From: an uncultured Ignavibacteria bacterium
Lineage (GTDB): Bacteria > Bacteroidota > Ignavibacteria > SZUA-365
NCBI GenBank assembly: GCA_913061095.1
Contig: CAJXVM010000015.1
Coordinates: 8,870 to 72,869 of the forward strand
Reading direction: 5' to 3'
DNA: 64,000 nucleotides
In this document: piece after piece, positions 1 to 9,577 of the stretch
How the letters are laid out: every line of letters begins with the position of its first letter
Numbering within the stretch: the stretch's first letter is position 1
Program-made: the position numbers and the translations under genes
The notes under the pieces: model-generated
Told to the model about the DNA's origin: nothing
Databases searched by the model: none
The model's input: only the letters and a program-made list of their open reading frames with translations

Positions 1-53
1 CGGCAGCTGGAGTGACTGGATTTCGTATCCCGGGAATCCCATCGGCTGATTCC

Positions 54-80
54 GTCACCCCTCGACAGGCTCAGGGTGAC
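54..80. repeat. 27-bp REP-like hairpin element (GTCACCC-C-TCGA-CAGGC-TCAG-GGTGAC)
   Basis: Inverted arms ccgtcaccc/gggtgacgg (52-60/74-82). Same 27-nt architecture as copies at 29240-29266 and 32475-32501. Confidence 0.75.
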
Positions 81-167
81 GGACTTCAGGCTCAGGGTGA
101 CGGACTTCAGGCTCAGGGTGACGGACTTCAGGCTCAGGGTGACGGACTTCAGGCTCAGGATGACGGA
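66..167. repeat. 21-bp tandem repeat (CAGGCTCAGGGTGACGGACTT), 4 perfect units plus a partial fifth
   Basis: Units start at 66, 87, 108, 129 and 150. No unique spacers. Confidence 0.95.
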
Positions 168-252
168 GCAGCAGTAACTGCACCGCCGACGCGCACCCCC
201 GTGCTTTGTCCGTGATGAACGGCAGCGAGGGATCCTGGGTCGGGGTTACAAA

Positions 253-2967
253 TTATTTGCTGCGATCCATCAGTTCTTCGAGCTCGCGCTGGAGTTTTTC
301 GATCTCTTCGCCGTAGCGGGCCCAGTCGCCGTCACGCTGCGCGCGGATGGCGGCGTTATAGGTCTCCATCGCCGAACGGGTGATGTCGCTCGTGCTGCGC
401 TCCTGCGCGATCGTTTCGGTTTCCGCCTCCAGAGCCTCCTCGGTGACGGTTTCTCCTTCCGGCGCCTGGCTGCGGAATACGCGCCGCAGGCTCTGCTCCA
501 GCGTCGGTTCCATCGCGAGACGGTTGTGATAGGCCACGATGACGCGCTTCAGCTCGGGCAGCTTGCCCGATGTCGCCTGCAGGTACACCGGCTGCACGTA
601 CATGACTTCCTTCTTGATCGGTATGACGAGCAGGTTGCCGCGGTACACGTTCGAGCCCTGCTGATTCCACAGCGTCAGCTGCTGCGAGATTTCGGGGTTC
701 TGGTCGATGCGGCCGGAGATCTGCATCGGACCGTAGATCAGCTCCTGCTTGGTGAATTTGTACACCAGCCGCTTGCCGTAATGCTCCCCGTCACTGCGCA
801 CGCAGAGCCAGGCGATCATGTTTTCACGCTTGTTCGGCGTGTAGGGAATCATCTGGATGAACTCCGCTTCGTCCTCCCCCGGCAGGCGCATGATGGCGTA
901 GTAGCTTTCCATCTTGACGACATTGTCCTGCAGCTTCTCGTTGGCGATGTTCCAGAGATCCTCCTTGTTGTAGAACACCTGCGGATCGACCATGTGGTAT
1001 GTCGCGAAGATTTCCGACTGAATGTCGAAGAGATCCTGCGGATAGCGCACATGGTTGCGGAGTTTCTCGGGAAGCTCCTCCTGGGTGAGAAACATGTCGG
1101 GGAAGATTTTGCTGTACACGCGGATCATCGGATCCGCATCCCTGCCGAACTTGTAAAACTTCGTTTCGCCGTTGTAAGCGTCGATGACCACCTTCACCGA
1201 GTTGCGGATGTAGTTGAAACCGGCGATCGGTTTGGAGTAAGGGTAATTGCTGCTGTAGGTATAGGCGTCGTAAATCCAGTACAGCCGCCCTCCGGCGACG
1301 ACCATGTACGGATCCTCGTCGAAGGCGAGGAAGGGCGCAATCTTGCGTACGCGCTCGCGGATGTCGCGGATATAAAGGATGTGGCTCTCCGGACTGATGT
1401 ATCCCGAGATGAGAATGTTCAGGTCGCTGAAGTGCATGGCGAAAATCAGGCGTCGCAGCAGTGAACCCACCGGCACACCGCTCTCTTCCTGATAGGTCGT
1501 CATCTGGTTTTCATCTCCCAGCGGATAGTCGAATTCCTCGATGTTGCCCTTGACGATGACGTGATTATCGGTCTCCTCGCCGTAGTAGATTTCTGGCCGC
1601 GTTACTTCCAACCCGTGTTCTGACGCAGGCGGGATGTCTTTGATGAAAAATTCCGGCAGCCCCTCCTCGGTGACCACGTTGACCGGACTCATCCCCAGCC
1701 CGTACCCGTGCGTGTACACCAGGTTCATGTTCACCCAGGTCTGCGCGTTGGTGGGGAGTTTGCGCTGGTCGAGCTCACGCGCGCTGAGCATGACCTGGCG
1801 CAGAGTGCCGTTGGGCAGACGGTAGCGGTCGATGTCCACGTCGGCGAAGGTGTAATAGAGGCGGATCACCTGAAGCTGGTCGAGCGTGCTGGCCAGCGGA
1901 CGGTAGTCCCACAGCATGATGTTGCGGATGGTGGCGCTGTCGGCCACGATGTCTTCGTAGGTCAGGTTGTATTGCGGATCGATGCGTTTTTCCTCGATGC
2001 TCTCGAGATCGTAGGCATCGCGCGTGTAGGCGATGTTGTTTTCGATGAATTGCAGTTCCTTGCTCTGCTCGTTCGGATCGACGATGAACTTCTGGATGAG
2101 CGACGGGAAGATCGAGCCGATGACGATGGCCGCGACGATGTAGCTCACGCCGAATTTCCCGAGCAGCTTGAAGTTGCGTCCGTACAGCGCGTACACGATC
2201 ACCACGGCGGTGACGATCGAGAGGATGGCCATGATCCAGTACGCGGGCAGCTGCGCGTTGACATCGGTGAAGCCCGCGCCGAAAAAGCTCGACGAGCGCG
2301 TGGAATACAGGATGTCGTAGCGGCTCAGCCAGTAATGAATGCCGATGAGCACCATGAGCGTGCCGAGCAGCACGGAGAGATGCTTGCGCGCCGCGGCGGA
2401 AATGGAAATGCGCCCGACGGCAAAGGATATCCCCTGCCGAATCATGTAGACGACCATCGTGGCGATGAGAATCAGCACGTTCGCACCGATGAGCCAGGAC
2501 TTCACCGCGTTGATGAAGGGCAGCTCGAAGAGGTAGAACGAGACGTCATTGGAGAAGATGGGGTCGGCGGTGCCGAAGGATTCGCTGTTGAGAAAGGCCA
2601 GCATATCCATCCAGCTGCCGCTGAGAAGTCCGGCCATGATGAACCCGAGGAACACCGCGCCGCCGTAGGCAAGCCATTTGATGGCCTTGCCGAAACCCTC
2701 GACGAATTGCTGCAGCCGCGGATCAACCGTGAGATTGGATTCCGACCGGAGCGCAATGCTCAGATTGAAGTTCGCCAGCAGCAGGAAGACGACGAAGCCC
2801 GCGAGCCAGAGGCTGTACTGGGCACTGTAGGTCTTCCAGAACACGCCGATATAGCCCAGGCTGTCGAACCACCACATGTCGGTGATGAAGGATGAAAAGA
2901 TGCCGAGAAGGATGATAATGCCGATGATCACCCCGACGGTGATCCCGATGGTACGTCTGGCTTTCAT
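253..2967 (-). CDS. UPF0182 family membrane protein
   Basis: 904 aa with an N-terminal multi-TM region. Family-typical motifs DPIFxxDVSFYLFxLPF, YTHGYG, RPEIYYGE, NYIRNSVKVVIDAY, GNLLVIP and C-terminal GDWARYG. Confidence 0.92.
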   Translation of the reverse strand: MKARRTIGITVGVIIGIIILLGIFSSFITDMWWFDSLGYIGVFWKTYSAQYSLWLAGFVVFLLLANFNLSIALRSESNLTVDPRLQQFVEGFGKAIKWLAYGGAVFLGFIMAGLLSGSWMDMLAFLNSESFGTADPIFSNDVSFYLFELPFINAVKSWLIGANVLILIATMVVYMIRQGISFAVGRISISAAARKHLSVLLGTLMVLIGIHYWLSRYDILYSTRSSSFFGAGFTDVNAQLPAYWIMAILSIVTAVVIVYALYGRNFKLLGKFGVSYIVAAIVIGSIFPSLIQKFIVDPNEQSKELQFIENNIAYTRDAYDLESIEEKRIDPQYNLTYEDIVADSATIRNIMLWDYRPLASTLDQLQVIRLYYTFADVDIDRYRLPNGTLRQVMLSARELDQRKLPTNAQTWVNMNLVYTHGYGLGMSPVNVVTEEGLPEFFIKDIPPASEHGLEVTRPEIYYGEETDNHVIVKGNIEEFDYPLGDENQMTTYQEESGVPVGSLLRRLIFAMHFSDLNILISGYISPESHILYIRDIRERVRKIAPFLAFDEDPYMVVAGGRLYWIYDAYTYSSNYPYSKPIAGFNYIRNSVKVVIDAYNGETKFYKFGRDADPMIRVYSKIFPDMFLTQEELPEKLRNHVRYPQDLFDIQSEIFATYHMVDPQVFYNKEDLWNIANEKLQDNVVKMESYYAIMRLPGEDEAEFIQMIPYTPNKRENMIAWLCVRSDGEHYGKRLVYKFTKQELIYGPMQISGRIDQNPEISQQLTLWNQQGSNVYRGNLLVIPIKKEVMYVQPVYLQATSGKLPELKRVIVAYHNRLAMEPTLEQSLRRVFRSQAPEGETVTEEALEAETETIAQERSTSDITRSAMETYNAAIRAQRDGDWARYGEEIEKLQRELEELMDRSK

Positions 2968-3122
2968 AACACTCGCGTATCGTGGATATGCATATCAGGA
3001 AATCTAGGAGAAAGCGCGTCCAAAGGCAAAGAAAACCGTACGGGCGCCGGAGGCCTGCCGCGGCATTGTTTCTCATCCGCGATTCTCCTAGAATGCAATT
3101 GATGGGCGCATTTTCTGCATAT

Positions 3123-4775
3123 ATGTTTCCCGGACCGCAGCGCGTCGCCGCACTGATTTTCATGGCGGGATTGATGTTCGCCGCTTCGGCGAATGCGCGG
3201 GCGCAGGTCTATCCGAATTCGCCGGTGTTCCGGGACTACCGTCCCCCGCGCGGGGACCGGGGCGGCAGCGGGGAAGGACTCCGCAGACAGATCAATTTCT
3301 TCCTGCTCGAACGCGACGCCGCGAAAGGTGACCCACTCGCGCAACATGAGCTGGGCGTACGCTACCTGACGGGACGCGGTGTGGAAGCCGATACAGCGCT
3401 CAGTGCCGAATGGCTTGGACGCGCGGCGGCACAGGGTCTGCCGCCCGCGATGTACAATTATGCGCTGCTGCTCAACAATGGCTGGGCGGTTGAATGGGAT
3501 CCGTTCACGGCCTACCGCTTCTTTCGCCGCGCCGCAGACGCAGGCATGCCCGAAGCGCGTTTTGTGGTCGGGGTGTACTACACCGACGGACTCGTGTTCG
3601 AACAGGACTGGCAGGAAGCCTATCGCTGGATCAGTCTCGCGGCCGACGCTGGATACGCACCCGCGCAACGTGCGAAAAAGGAGATTATCCGGCGGGGACA
3701 TGTGCGCGTGACCGCCGATTCTTCGCTCATCGCGGATGACGCTGCGGCGAGAGCGGGGTCAGGAGTGACATCCCCGGGAGAAGGAACCGGCGGCGCTGCG
3801 GACACAGACACGGGAGACGCTCCCGCAGCGGAAGCGGCGAGGGGTGAAGCCTCCGCGAATGAGAGTGCGCAGGCCGACTGGACGCCGATTCTTCTCGACT
3901 TCGACCGTGACACAAGCAGCGCGTTCATCCCCACCGAACGGCTTATGGCGGAATATCTCGCATCCGCGCCGTTTTCCCGCACGGATTCGCTCGCCGCGAA
4001 GGCCCTGCTCTCGGATACCCCCGTAGATTCCGCCCTCATTCGTCTGCGCCGCATGGCCGCCGCCGGCAATCCCGAGGCGCTGGTGCTGCGCGGACGGTTG
4101 CGCGAGGAGGGACGCACGTTCCCGGCTGACCGCATCGCCGCCGCCGCGGATTATGCCGCCGCGATATTTCTGGAATCCATGCGCGCGCCACAGTTTCTTC
4201 TGCAGCTGCTGCGGCGTGACGGATTTCCCGGGAAGCTGTCTCGCGCCGCATGGGGTGGCGATGCCGATGCACAGTATGTGTGGGCGGTACTGCGCGGTCT
4301 GGAGTTCGACATGCGTCTGACGGAATCGATGGCGCGCGACATGCTGCGCCGCGCCGCGGAGGCCGGGAATACCCGCGCCCTCGTGCAGCTCGGCATCTGG
4401 CGCAGTGCGGGACGATGGGAAGAGCGCGACATGAAGGATGCGGAACGTCTCTGGGTGACCGCTGCCAGACTGCACGATGCGGAAGCGCGCGTGCGGCTGG
4501 CCGCTGCCACGATACTTGGCAGCGGAACCACATTGCGCGTCGACGAGGCGATGCCGCTGCTTGCCGACGCCATGAAAAAGGGATCGCTGATTGCACAGGT
4601 CGCGATCGCCTACAGCTACCAGCACGGCGTGGGACGCTCGGCGCGAAAGGGCGAAGCCGTCCGGCTCTACCGCGATGCAGCCGTCCGCGGCAGCCAGTCC
4701 GCCTACCGCGCTCTGCGCAGAATGCACGAAATACGGCGTCCCGACGAGGCATTATTTCACCGCTCCGACCCGTAA
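3123..4775 (+). CDS. Secreted Sel1-like repeat protein
   Basis: Signal-peptide-like N-terminus and repeated Sel1 motifs (AQHELGVRYLTGRGV, AMYNYALLLNNG, AQVAIAYSYQHGVG). Start is uncertain; the ORF is open from 2982. Confidence 0.85.
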   Translation: MFPGPQRVAALIFMAGLMFAASANARAQVYPNSPVFRDYRPPRGDRGGSGEGLRRQINFFLLERDAAKGDPLAQHELGVRYLTGRGVEADTALSAEWLGRAAAQGLPPAMYNYALLLNNGWAVEWDPFTAYRFFRRAADAGMPEARFVVGVYYTDGLVFEQDWQEAYRWISLAADAGYAPAQRAKKEIIRRGHVRVTADSSLIADDAAARAGSGVTSPGEGTGGAADTDTGDAPAAEAARGEASANESAQADWTPILLDFDRDTSSAFIPTERLMAEYLASAPFSRTDSLAAKALLSDTPVDSALIRLRRMAAAGNPEALVLRGRLREEGRTFPADRIAAAADYAAAIFLESMRAPQFLLQLLRRDGFPGKLSRAAWGGDADAQYVWAVLRGLEFDMRLTESMARDMLRRAAEAGNTRALVQLGIWRSAGRWEERDMKDAERLWVTAARLHDAEARVRLAAATILGSGTTLRVDEAMPLLADAMKKGSLIAQVAIAYSYQHGVGRSARKGEAVRLYRDAAVRGSQSAYRALRRMHEIRRPDEALFHRSDP

Positions 4776-4860
4776 ATGATATTTCCCTATCGTCCGGAAG
4801 TCATTTCATATCTCCTTATCCTGCACTATTTTCCCATTCAGGCACCATCTTCAGCCCGTG

Positions 4861-7155
4861 ATGGACAGCACAACGTTTCAGGTACTTCTCGTCGAGGAGC
4901 GCGAGGCCGATGCGGAACTCATCGGTGAAGCGCTGCTGCAGTGCTCACTGCCCTGTGTGGTGACGCATGTGCGGCGTCTTTCCGATGCGCTGGAGCAGAC
5001 CGTCAGCACGGAATTCGACATCGTACTGCTCGATCTGTTCCTCGGTGACAGCAGAGGACTCGACACGTTCGTGGCCATGCGCAGTTACGCGCCGCGTCTG
5101 CCGATGGTGCTGCTCACGGATTCGACGGCGATCGAGATCACCAGCGAGGCGGCGAAGAGGGGAGCGCAGGACATTCTCAACAAGGATGAGATCAGTCCCG
5201 CCGTGCTCGCAAAAACCATGCTCTACGCCATCGAGCGCAAGCGGCACGAGCTGGAGCTGCATCGCCAGAAGGAGTTTTACGAGAATCTTCTGCAGGAAGC
5301 CAATGTCTGGGTGGAGGCGCTCGACCGCAGCGGGAATGTCATTCTCTGGAATCGCGGCGCCGAGCAGATCTCCGGGTATCCCGCTCGTGAAATGATGCAT
5401 GGGCAGAAGCGCTGGGAAGTGCTGTATCCCGATGCCGTGCTGCGGGAGCGGCTGCTCGAGGAATACAGGATGTCTCTGCGGGAAGAGCGCAGCGTGGAAA
5501 ACGTGGAGACGGAAATCCACATCGCTTCCGGGGAGACACGCATCATGTCATGGAATTCCAATATCATCCGCGGGGCGGACGGCCGCACCGTGGGAATCAT
5601 GTTCGTCGGCAACGACGTGACCGAGCGGCGGGCGTCGGAGCAGGAAATCACCCGCAGCGAAGACCGCTTCCGCATCCTCGCGGACCTGACCTCGGACTAT
5701 GTCTATTCCGCGAGCTTCGACGGCGATTTCACGATCACGACGGAATGGGTGGAGGGCGCCTTCCAGCAGATCACCGGCTATGCCCCCGAGGAAGTTATCG
5801 GCAATCCCGGCGCCTGGGTTGCACTGATTCATCCTGATGACCGGTCGAGCATGGCGCGGATGCAGGATCAGATGGGGGAGCAGCATCCAGTCGCATTCGA
5901 ATACCGCATCCTGCTCCGCGACGGTCGCGTGCGCTGGCTGCGTGATCATATTTTCCCCATCATCAGCGACGATAACAGGGTGAAGGGGATGCACGGCGCC
6001 GTGCGCGACATCACCGAGCAGCGCGAAACGGAAATTTCCCTCATGAAGGAAGAAGAAAAGCTGCGCGGCATCATCGAAAATGCCGCGGATGGCATCGCGC
6101 TGATGAACGAGCAGGGCAGCATCATCGAGTGGAGTCCGGCCATGGAGCAGATTACCGGCATCCCGCGCATGGAGGCGATCGGCAGCATGCACTGGGAGAT
6201 CCAGCACCGGCTCGCGCTGCCTGAGGATCACGCCACGCGCGATGTGCGTGCGGAGACGCGCCGGCAGATAGAGGACTATCTCGCGAAAGGAACCTCCTCC
6301 TGGCTCAACCGCCTGTTTGACCGCTGGATTCAGCGTCCCGATGGCGAAAAACGCTATATCGAAATGGTTTCCTTCCCGGTGCGCAGTTCACAGGGACTAC
6401 TGACCGGCAGTGTGACGCGCGACATCACCGAAGTGAAACTTGCGGAAGTGGACCTGGAGAATAAAAACCGCCAGCTCGAGGAGCGCAACCAGGAGCTGGA
6501 TACGTTCACGCACAGCGTCGCGCATGATTTGAAAAACCCGCTCAGCCTCATCCTCGGATACGCGGAGATGGTGCAGTCGGAGAGCGATGCGCTGACAGCG
6601 GACGAACTGCGGGAGTACATGGGCAGCGTGCTTTTCAACGGCCGCAAGATGATTTCCATCATCAATGCGCTGCTGCTCCTGGCCAGTGTGCGAAAAGAGG
6701 AAGTGCTGCTCGAGGAGCTCGACATGCAGCAGATCGTCGAAGACGCCACGCGTCGTCTCCACCGCCTGATTGACGAGCAGGGAGCGACGGTGACACTGCC
6801 CGACCGCTGGCCGCCGGTGCTGGGCTATCCGGCGTGGATCGAGGAAGTGTGGGTCAATTACATCGGCAATGCAGTCAAGCACGGCGGCAAGGGGGTGCAG
6901 GTACACGTCGGTGTCGAGGAGGAGGGGGATATGGTGCGCTTCCTTGTGCGCGACAACGGGGCGGGCATTCCGCCGGATCGCATCAATGATCTGTTCACCC
7001 CGTTCGTGCGCCTGAGCCAGGCGAAGATCGAGGGACACGGTCTCGGGCTTTCCATCGTGCGGCGCATCATCGAGAAAATCGGCGGCACCGTGGGAGTGTC
7101 ATCGGAGCAGGGACGGGAAACGGTATTTTCATTCACGCTCAAAAGAGCATCCTGA
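4861..7155 (+). CDS. Cytoplasmic sensor histidine kinase, REC-PAS-PAS-PAS-HisKA-HATPase
   Basis: N-terminal receiver (VLLDLFL), three PAS/PAC units, H-box SVAHDLKNPL, N-box NYIGNAVKH, and DNGAG / GHGLGL boxes. Confidence 0.93.
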   Translation: MDSTTFQVLLVEEREADAELIGEALLQCSLPCVVTHVRRLSDALEQTVSTEFDIVLLDLFLGDSRGLDTFVAMRSYAPRLPMVLLTDSTAIEITSEAAKRGAQDILNKDEISPAVLAKTMLYAIERKRHELELHRQKEFYENLLQEANVWVEALDRSGNVILWNRGAEQISGYPAREMMHGQKRWEVLYPDAVLRERLLEEYRMSLREERSVENVETEIHIASGETRIMSWNSNIIRGADGRTVGIMFVGNDVTERRASEQEITRSEDRFRILADLTSDYVYSASFDGDFTITTEWVEGAFQQITGYAPEEVIGNPGAWVALIHPDDRSSMARMQDQMGEQHPVAFEYRILLRDGRVRWLRDHIFPIISDDNRVKGMHGAVRDITEQRETEISLMKEEEKLRGIIENAADGIALMNEQGSIIEWSPAMEQITGIPRMEAIGSMHWEIQHRLALPEDHATRDVRAETRRQIEDYLAKGTSSWLNRLFDRWIQRPDGEKRYIEMVSFPVRSSQGLLTGSVTRDITEVKLAEVDLENKNRQLEERNQELDTFTHSVAHDLKNPLSLILGYAEMVQSESDALTADELREYMGSVLFNGRKMISIINALLLLASVRKEEVLLEELDMQQIVEDATRRLHRLIDEQGATVTLPDRWPPVLGYPAWIEEVWVNYIGNAVKHGGKGVQVHVGVEEEGDMVRFLVRDNGAGIPPDRINDLFTPFVRLSQAKIEGHGLGLSIVRRIIEKIGGTVGVSSEQGRETVFSFTLKRAS

Positions 7156-7222
7156 ATCCGCATCAGATATTTTTCCGAAAATCTGACCCCACCACCCGGC
7201 ACCTCACTGTGCGAGGCCGCTC

Positions 7223-7657
7223 TCAGACGGATGTTCCATCCCAGCGATCCCGCTGAAATTCCATCCTGCATACCCAGTCCCCGTCGAAAAAATGACGCGC
7301 CTGGAAATCCGTGAACACGCGCAGTGATGCTGTGTCGAGTCCCATGAAATAGATCGGGATGACAGCGAATTTATCCCCGGCCTTGCGCAGCTGGTTGCGT
7401 GCGCCCTTGTAGCGTCCCACACGCTTGAGGTGCAATCCGGACGCGAGCTGGATCAGCGCGCGAATGAAGATTTCGCCGTCGTCGGAGGGACCATCACCCA
7501 TCGGCAGCCACGCGGCCTCCCAGGCCTCGTGGGCGTGCCAGTACCGCGCGCTGTTGAACAGGCGCACGCCCTCGCGGAAATCCGCAAGCTGTTCCGGCGT
7601 GAAATCCGGAGCGGTAATGTCGCTGATTTCGTCGGTGTCGCGTTTTCTCGGCGGCAT
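7223..7657 (-). CDS. DUF309 domain protein
   Basis: GVRLFNxxRYWHAHEAWEAAW and LIQLA motifs. Confidence 0.85.
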   Translation of the reverse strand: MPPRKRDTDEISDITAPDFTPEQLADFREGVRLFNSARYWHAHEAWEAAWLPMGDGPSDDGEIFIRALIQLASGLHLKRVGRYKGARNQLRKAGDKFAVIPIYFMGLDTASLRVFTDFQARHFFDGDWVCRMEFQRDRWDGTSV

Positions 7658-7678
7658 GAATTCCTTCGCGCTGCGGGA

Positions 7679-8068
7679 TTACTGCGAGGCGCCGGGATTG
7701 AGATCGCGCTGGCGGCGGGCGTCGATGAACGACTTGACGGCCATGACCACGAAGCCAAGCGTGAGCAGGGCCATGATGCTCTGCATGACAGCGGCGAAGG
7801 GACGCGCCACTTCCACGCCGCTGATCATGTCGATGACCGAGGAAATGCCGCGTGCCGAACCGGCGAAACCGATCAGGGCAAGCAGCGTGACGGCGTGCAT
7901 CATGTGCTTGCGCAGCTTTTCCTTCCGGCCGAGAAAACCGAGAATGATGACGGGAATGCCAAGAAAGGCGGGGATGAGCGCCGTGACACTTTCTCCGCCC
8001 GAGACGGCATATCCGACGACGCCGAGCAGTGTAAGAATGACGCCGAGTGTAATCGACAGCATGACCAT
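7679..8068 (-). CDS. Small 4-TM membrane protein (TMEM14-like hypothetical)
   Basis: Four hydrophobic segments, SVTALIPAFLG motif, and GGAG upstream of the start. Confidence 0.7.
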   Translation of the reverse strand: MVMLSITLGVILTLLGVVGYAVSGGESVTALIPAFLGIPVIILGFLGRKEKLRKHMMHAVTLLALIGFAGSARGISSVIDMISGVEVARPFAAVMQSIMALLTLGFVVMAVKSFIDARRQRDLNPGASQ

Positions 8069-8138
8069 GAGTCTATCTCCGGATTCTTCGTGGTTTCGAT
8101 ATGAAGAGAGAACACGGGGAATGCCGCCCGGGGTTCCG

Positions 8139-8507
8139 CTACATGAGTCCGTATGAATTAAGCAGTCGTTTCACAAGTTTCATCCGCATGGTCCAGAAAC
8201 CGGAGAGATCCTGGTCATTGAGGGTTTCAATATTGAGCGCGAATGCGTACACGCGATCGCCGCGTTCGAGATATCCCACCAGCCACCCGACCAGTCCATC
8301 CCCGCGCAGGACCGTGCCGGTCTTGCCCCGCAACGTGTAATCCGGCGTCTCCTCGAGCAGCATCAGTTCCTTTACCGCGCGCTGCGCGTCGGAGGAAAAC
8401 GGCAGTTCCTCGTTCCACAGCCGGCGCAGGAAGGTGATCTGCTGTTCTGGAGTGATGCGCAGCGCGCCGTCGAGCCAGAAGCGGTCAATTCCACCGCCGA
8501 TGCGCAT
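8139..8507 (-). pseudogene. C-terminal half of a class D (OXA-type) beta-lactamase / penicillin-binding domain; N-terminal half absent
   Basis: 122 aa from ATG 8507 with GGIDRFWLDGALRIT, LPFS, KTGT and GWLVG. No SxxK, SxV or YGN motif. The upstream dipeptidase ends at 8516, leaving no room for the missing half. Confidence 0.75.
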
Positions 8508-8515
8508 GAGAAAAC

Positions 8516-9577
8516 CTATGTCTGCGGAGCGGATGCGGTGAAGACGGTGCGATAGAGCCGGAGGGCGTTGCCGCCGAGGATGCCCGCGAGATGCTCGTCG
8601 CTGAAACCGCGGCGGGCGAGGGCGTCGATGAATACGGGCAGATGCGCCACGTCTTCCGCGCCGGTGACGAAGTTGAGCAGATCGGTGGGCAGGTCGTCGC
8701 GCAGCAGCCACTGCTGCATGGCGTCCATATAGTAATCGGCGTAATCGGGACCGAGGGCGAGGCATTCAGATCCCGCGATCCCGGCGATGTGCTCGGCGTG
8801 GTCGGCCAGACGGTCGGGCGTGGCCTTCGTGCGGTCGTCGTCGATGAACATTCCGAGAAAATTGAGGCCGATCACGCCGCCGCGCTCGCCGATCATGCGA
8901 ATCTGCTCGTCGGTAAGATTCCGCCGGTGCCCGCAGAGCGCGCGGGCGTTGGAATGCGAAACCATGGGAGGAAGATCGTAGAGGTCGATGGCGTCGAAGA
9001 AAGACGGATCGGAAAGATGCACGAGATCCAGCACCATGTTGAGCGCGCGCAGCTCGCGGACGATCTCGCGTCCGAAGTTGCTCAGTCCGCCGGGTTTCGG
9101 TTCTGCGCAGCCGTCGGCGGCGAGATTGCGTTCATTGTGCGTGAGGATGACCGATCGGAGTCCCGCCGCATGCAGTGCGCGCAGTGTGGCAACATCCTCC
9201 ACGCAGCGTATGCCCTCCAGCGCGAACATGAAATGCATACCATCGCGGGCCGCGGCGCGATCGATATCCTCCCCTTCGAGCATGAGATGGAATTCCCCGT
9301 GGGCGTCGATCTGCCTGCGCGTCGCGTCGATGATGCGCAGCACCAGGCGCAGATCCCACAACTCGAGCGTGCCGATTTCGAAATCCCCGCCGACGGTGAG
9401 CACCTCCGCGTTCACACCGCCCCGGCGCAGCAGCGGCAGGTGCTCGGCGAAAAGGGCGTCGTCGCGTCCCTCCTGCGCGGCGCGGTACAGCTGGATGGCG
9501 TAATCGGAGTGCACGTCCGCGACGGGATGCGCGGCGAGGAGTTCGAGCAGGGACTGCGGGATGTCGATGTCGTTCAC
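8516..9577 (-). CDS. Membrane dipeptidase (peptidase M19, renal dipeptidase family)
   Basis: Motifs HSD, ALEG, LTHN, DLVH, SHSNARALC and LGPDY. GTG start overlaps the upstream stop (GTGA) and has an AAGGAG SD. Confidence 0.9.
   Translation of the reverse strand: MNDIDIPQSLLELLAAHPVADVHSDYAIQLYRAAQEGRDDALFAEHLPLLRRGGVNAEVLTVGGDFEIGTLELWDLRLVLRIIDATRRQIDAHGEFHLMLEGEDIDRAAARDGMHFMFALEGIRCVEDVATLRALHAAGLRSVILTHNERNLAADGCAEPKPGGLSNFGREIVRELRALNMVLDLVHLSDPSFFDAIDLYDLPPMVSHSNARALCGHRRNLTDEQIRMIGERGGVIGLNFLGMFIDDDRTKATPDRLADHAEHIAGIAGSECLALGPDYADYYMDAMQQWLLRDDLPTDLLNFVTGAEDVAHLPVFIDALARRGFSDEHLAGILGGNALRLYRTVFTASAPQT

Noticed and set aside
66-167. Possible CRISPR array (also considered for 14933-15054)
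   Set aside because: The repeats are head-to-tail with no unique spacers, and there are no cas genes in the window.
12-215. 67-aa ORF with QAQGDGL repeats
   Set aside because: It is a by-product of the 21-bp DNA repeat, with no independent coding evidence.
8508-8765. N-terminal extension making a full-length beta-lactamase
   Set aside because: It is an off-frame overlap with the dipeptidase, Arg-rich, and has no SxxK motif or signal peptide.
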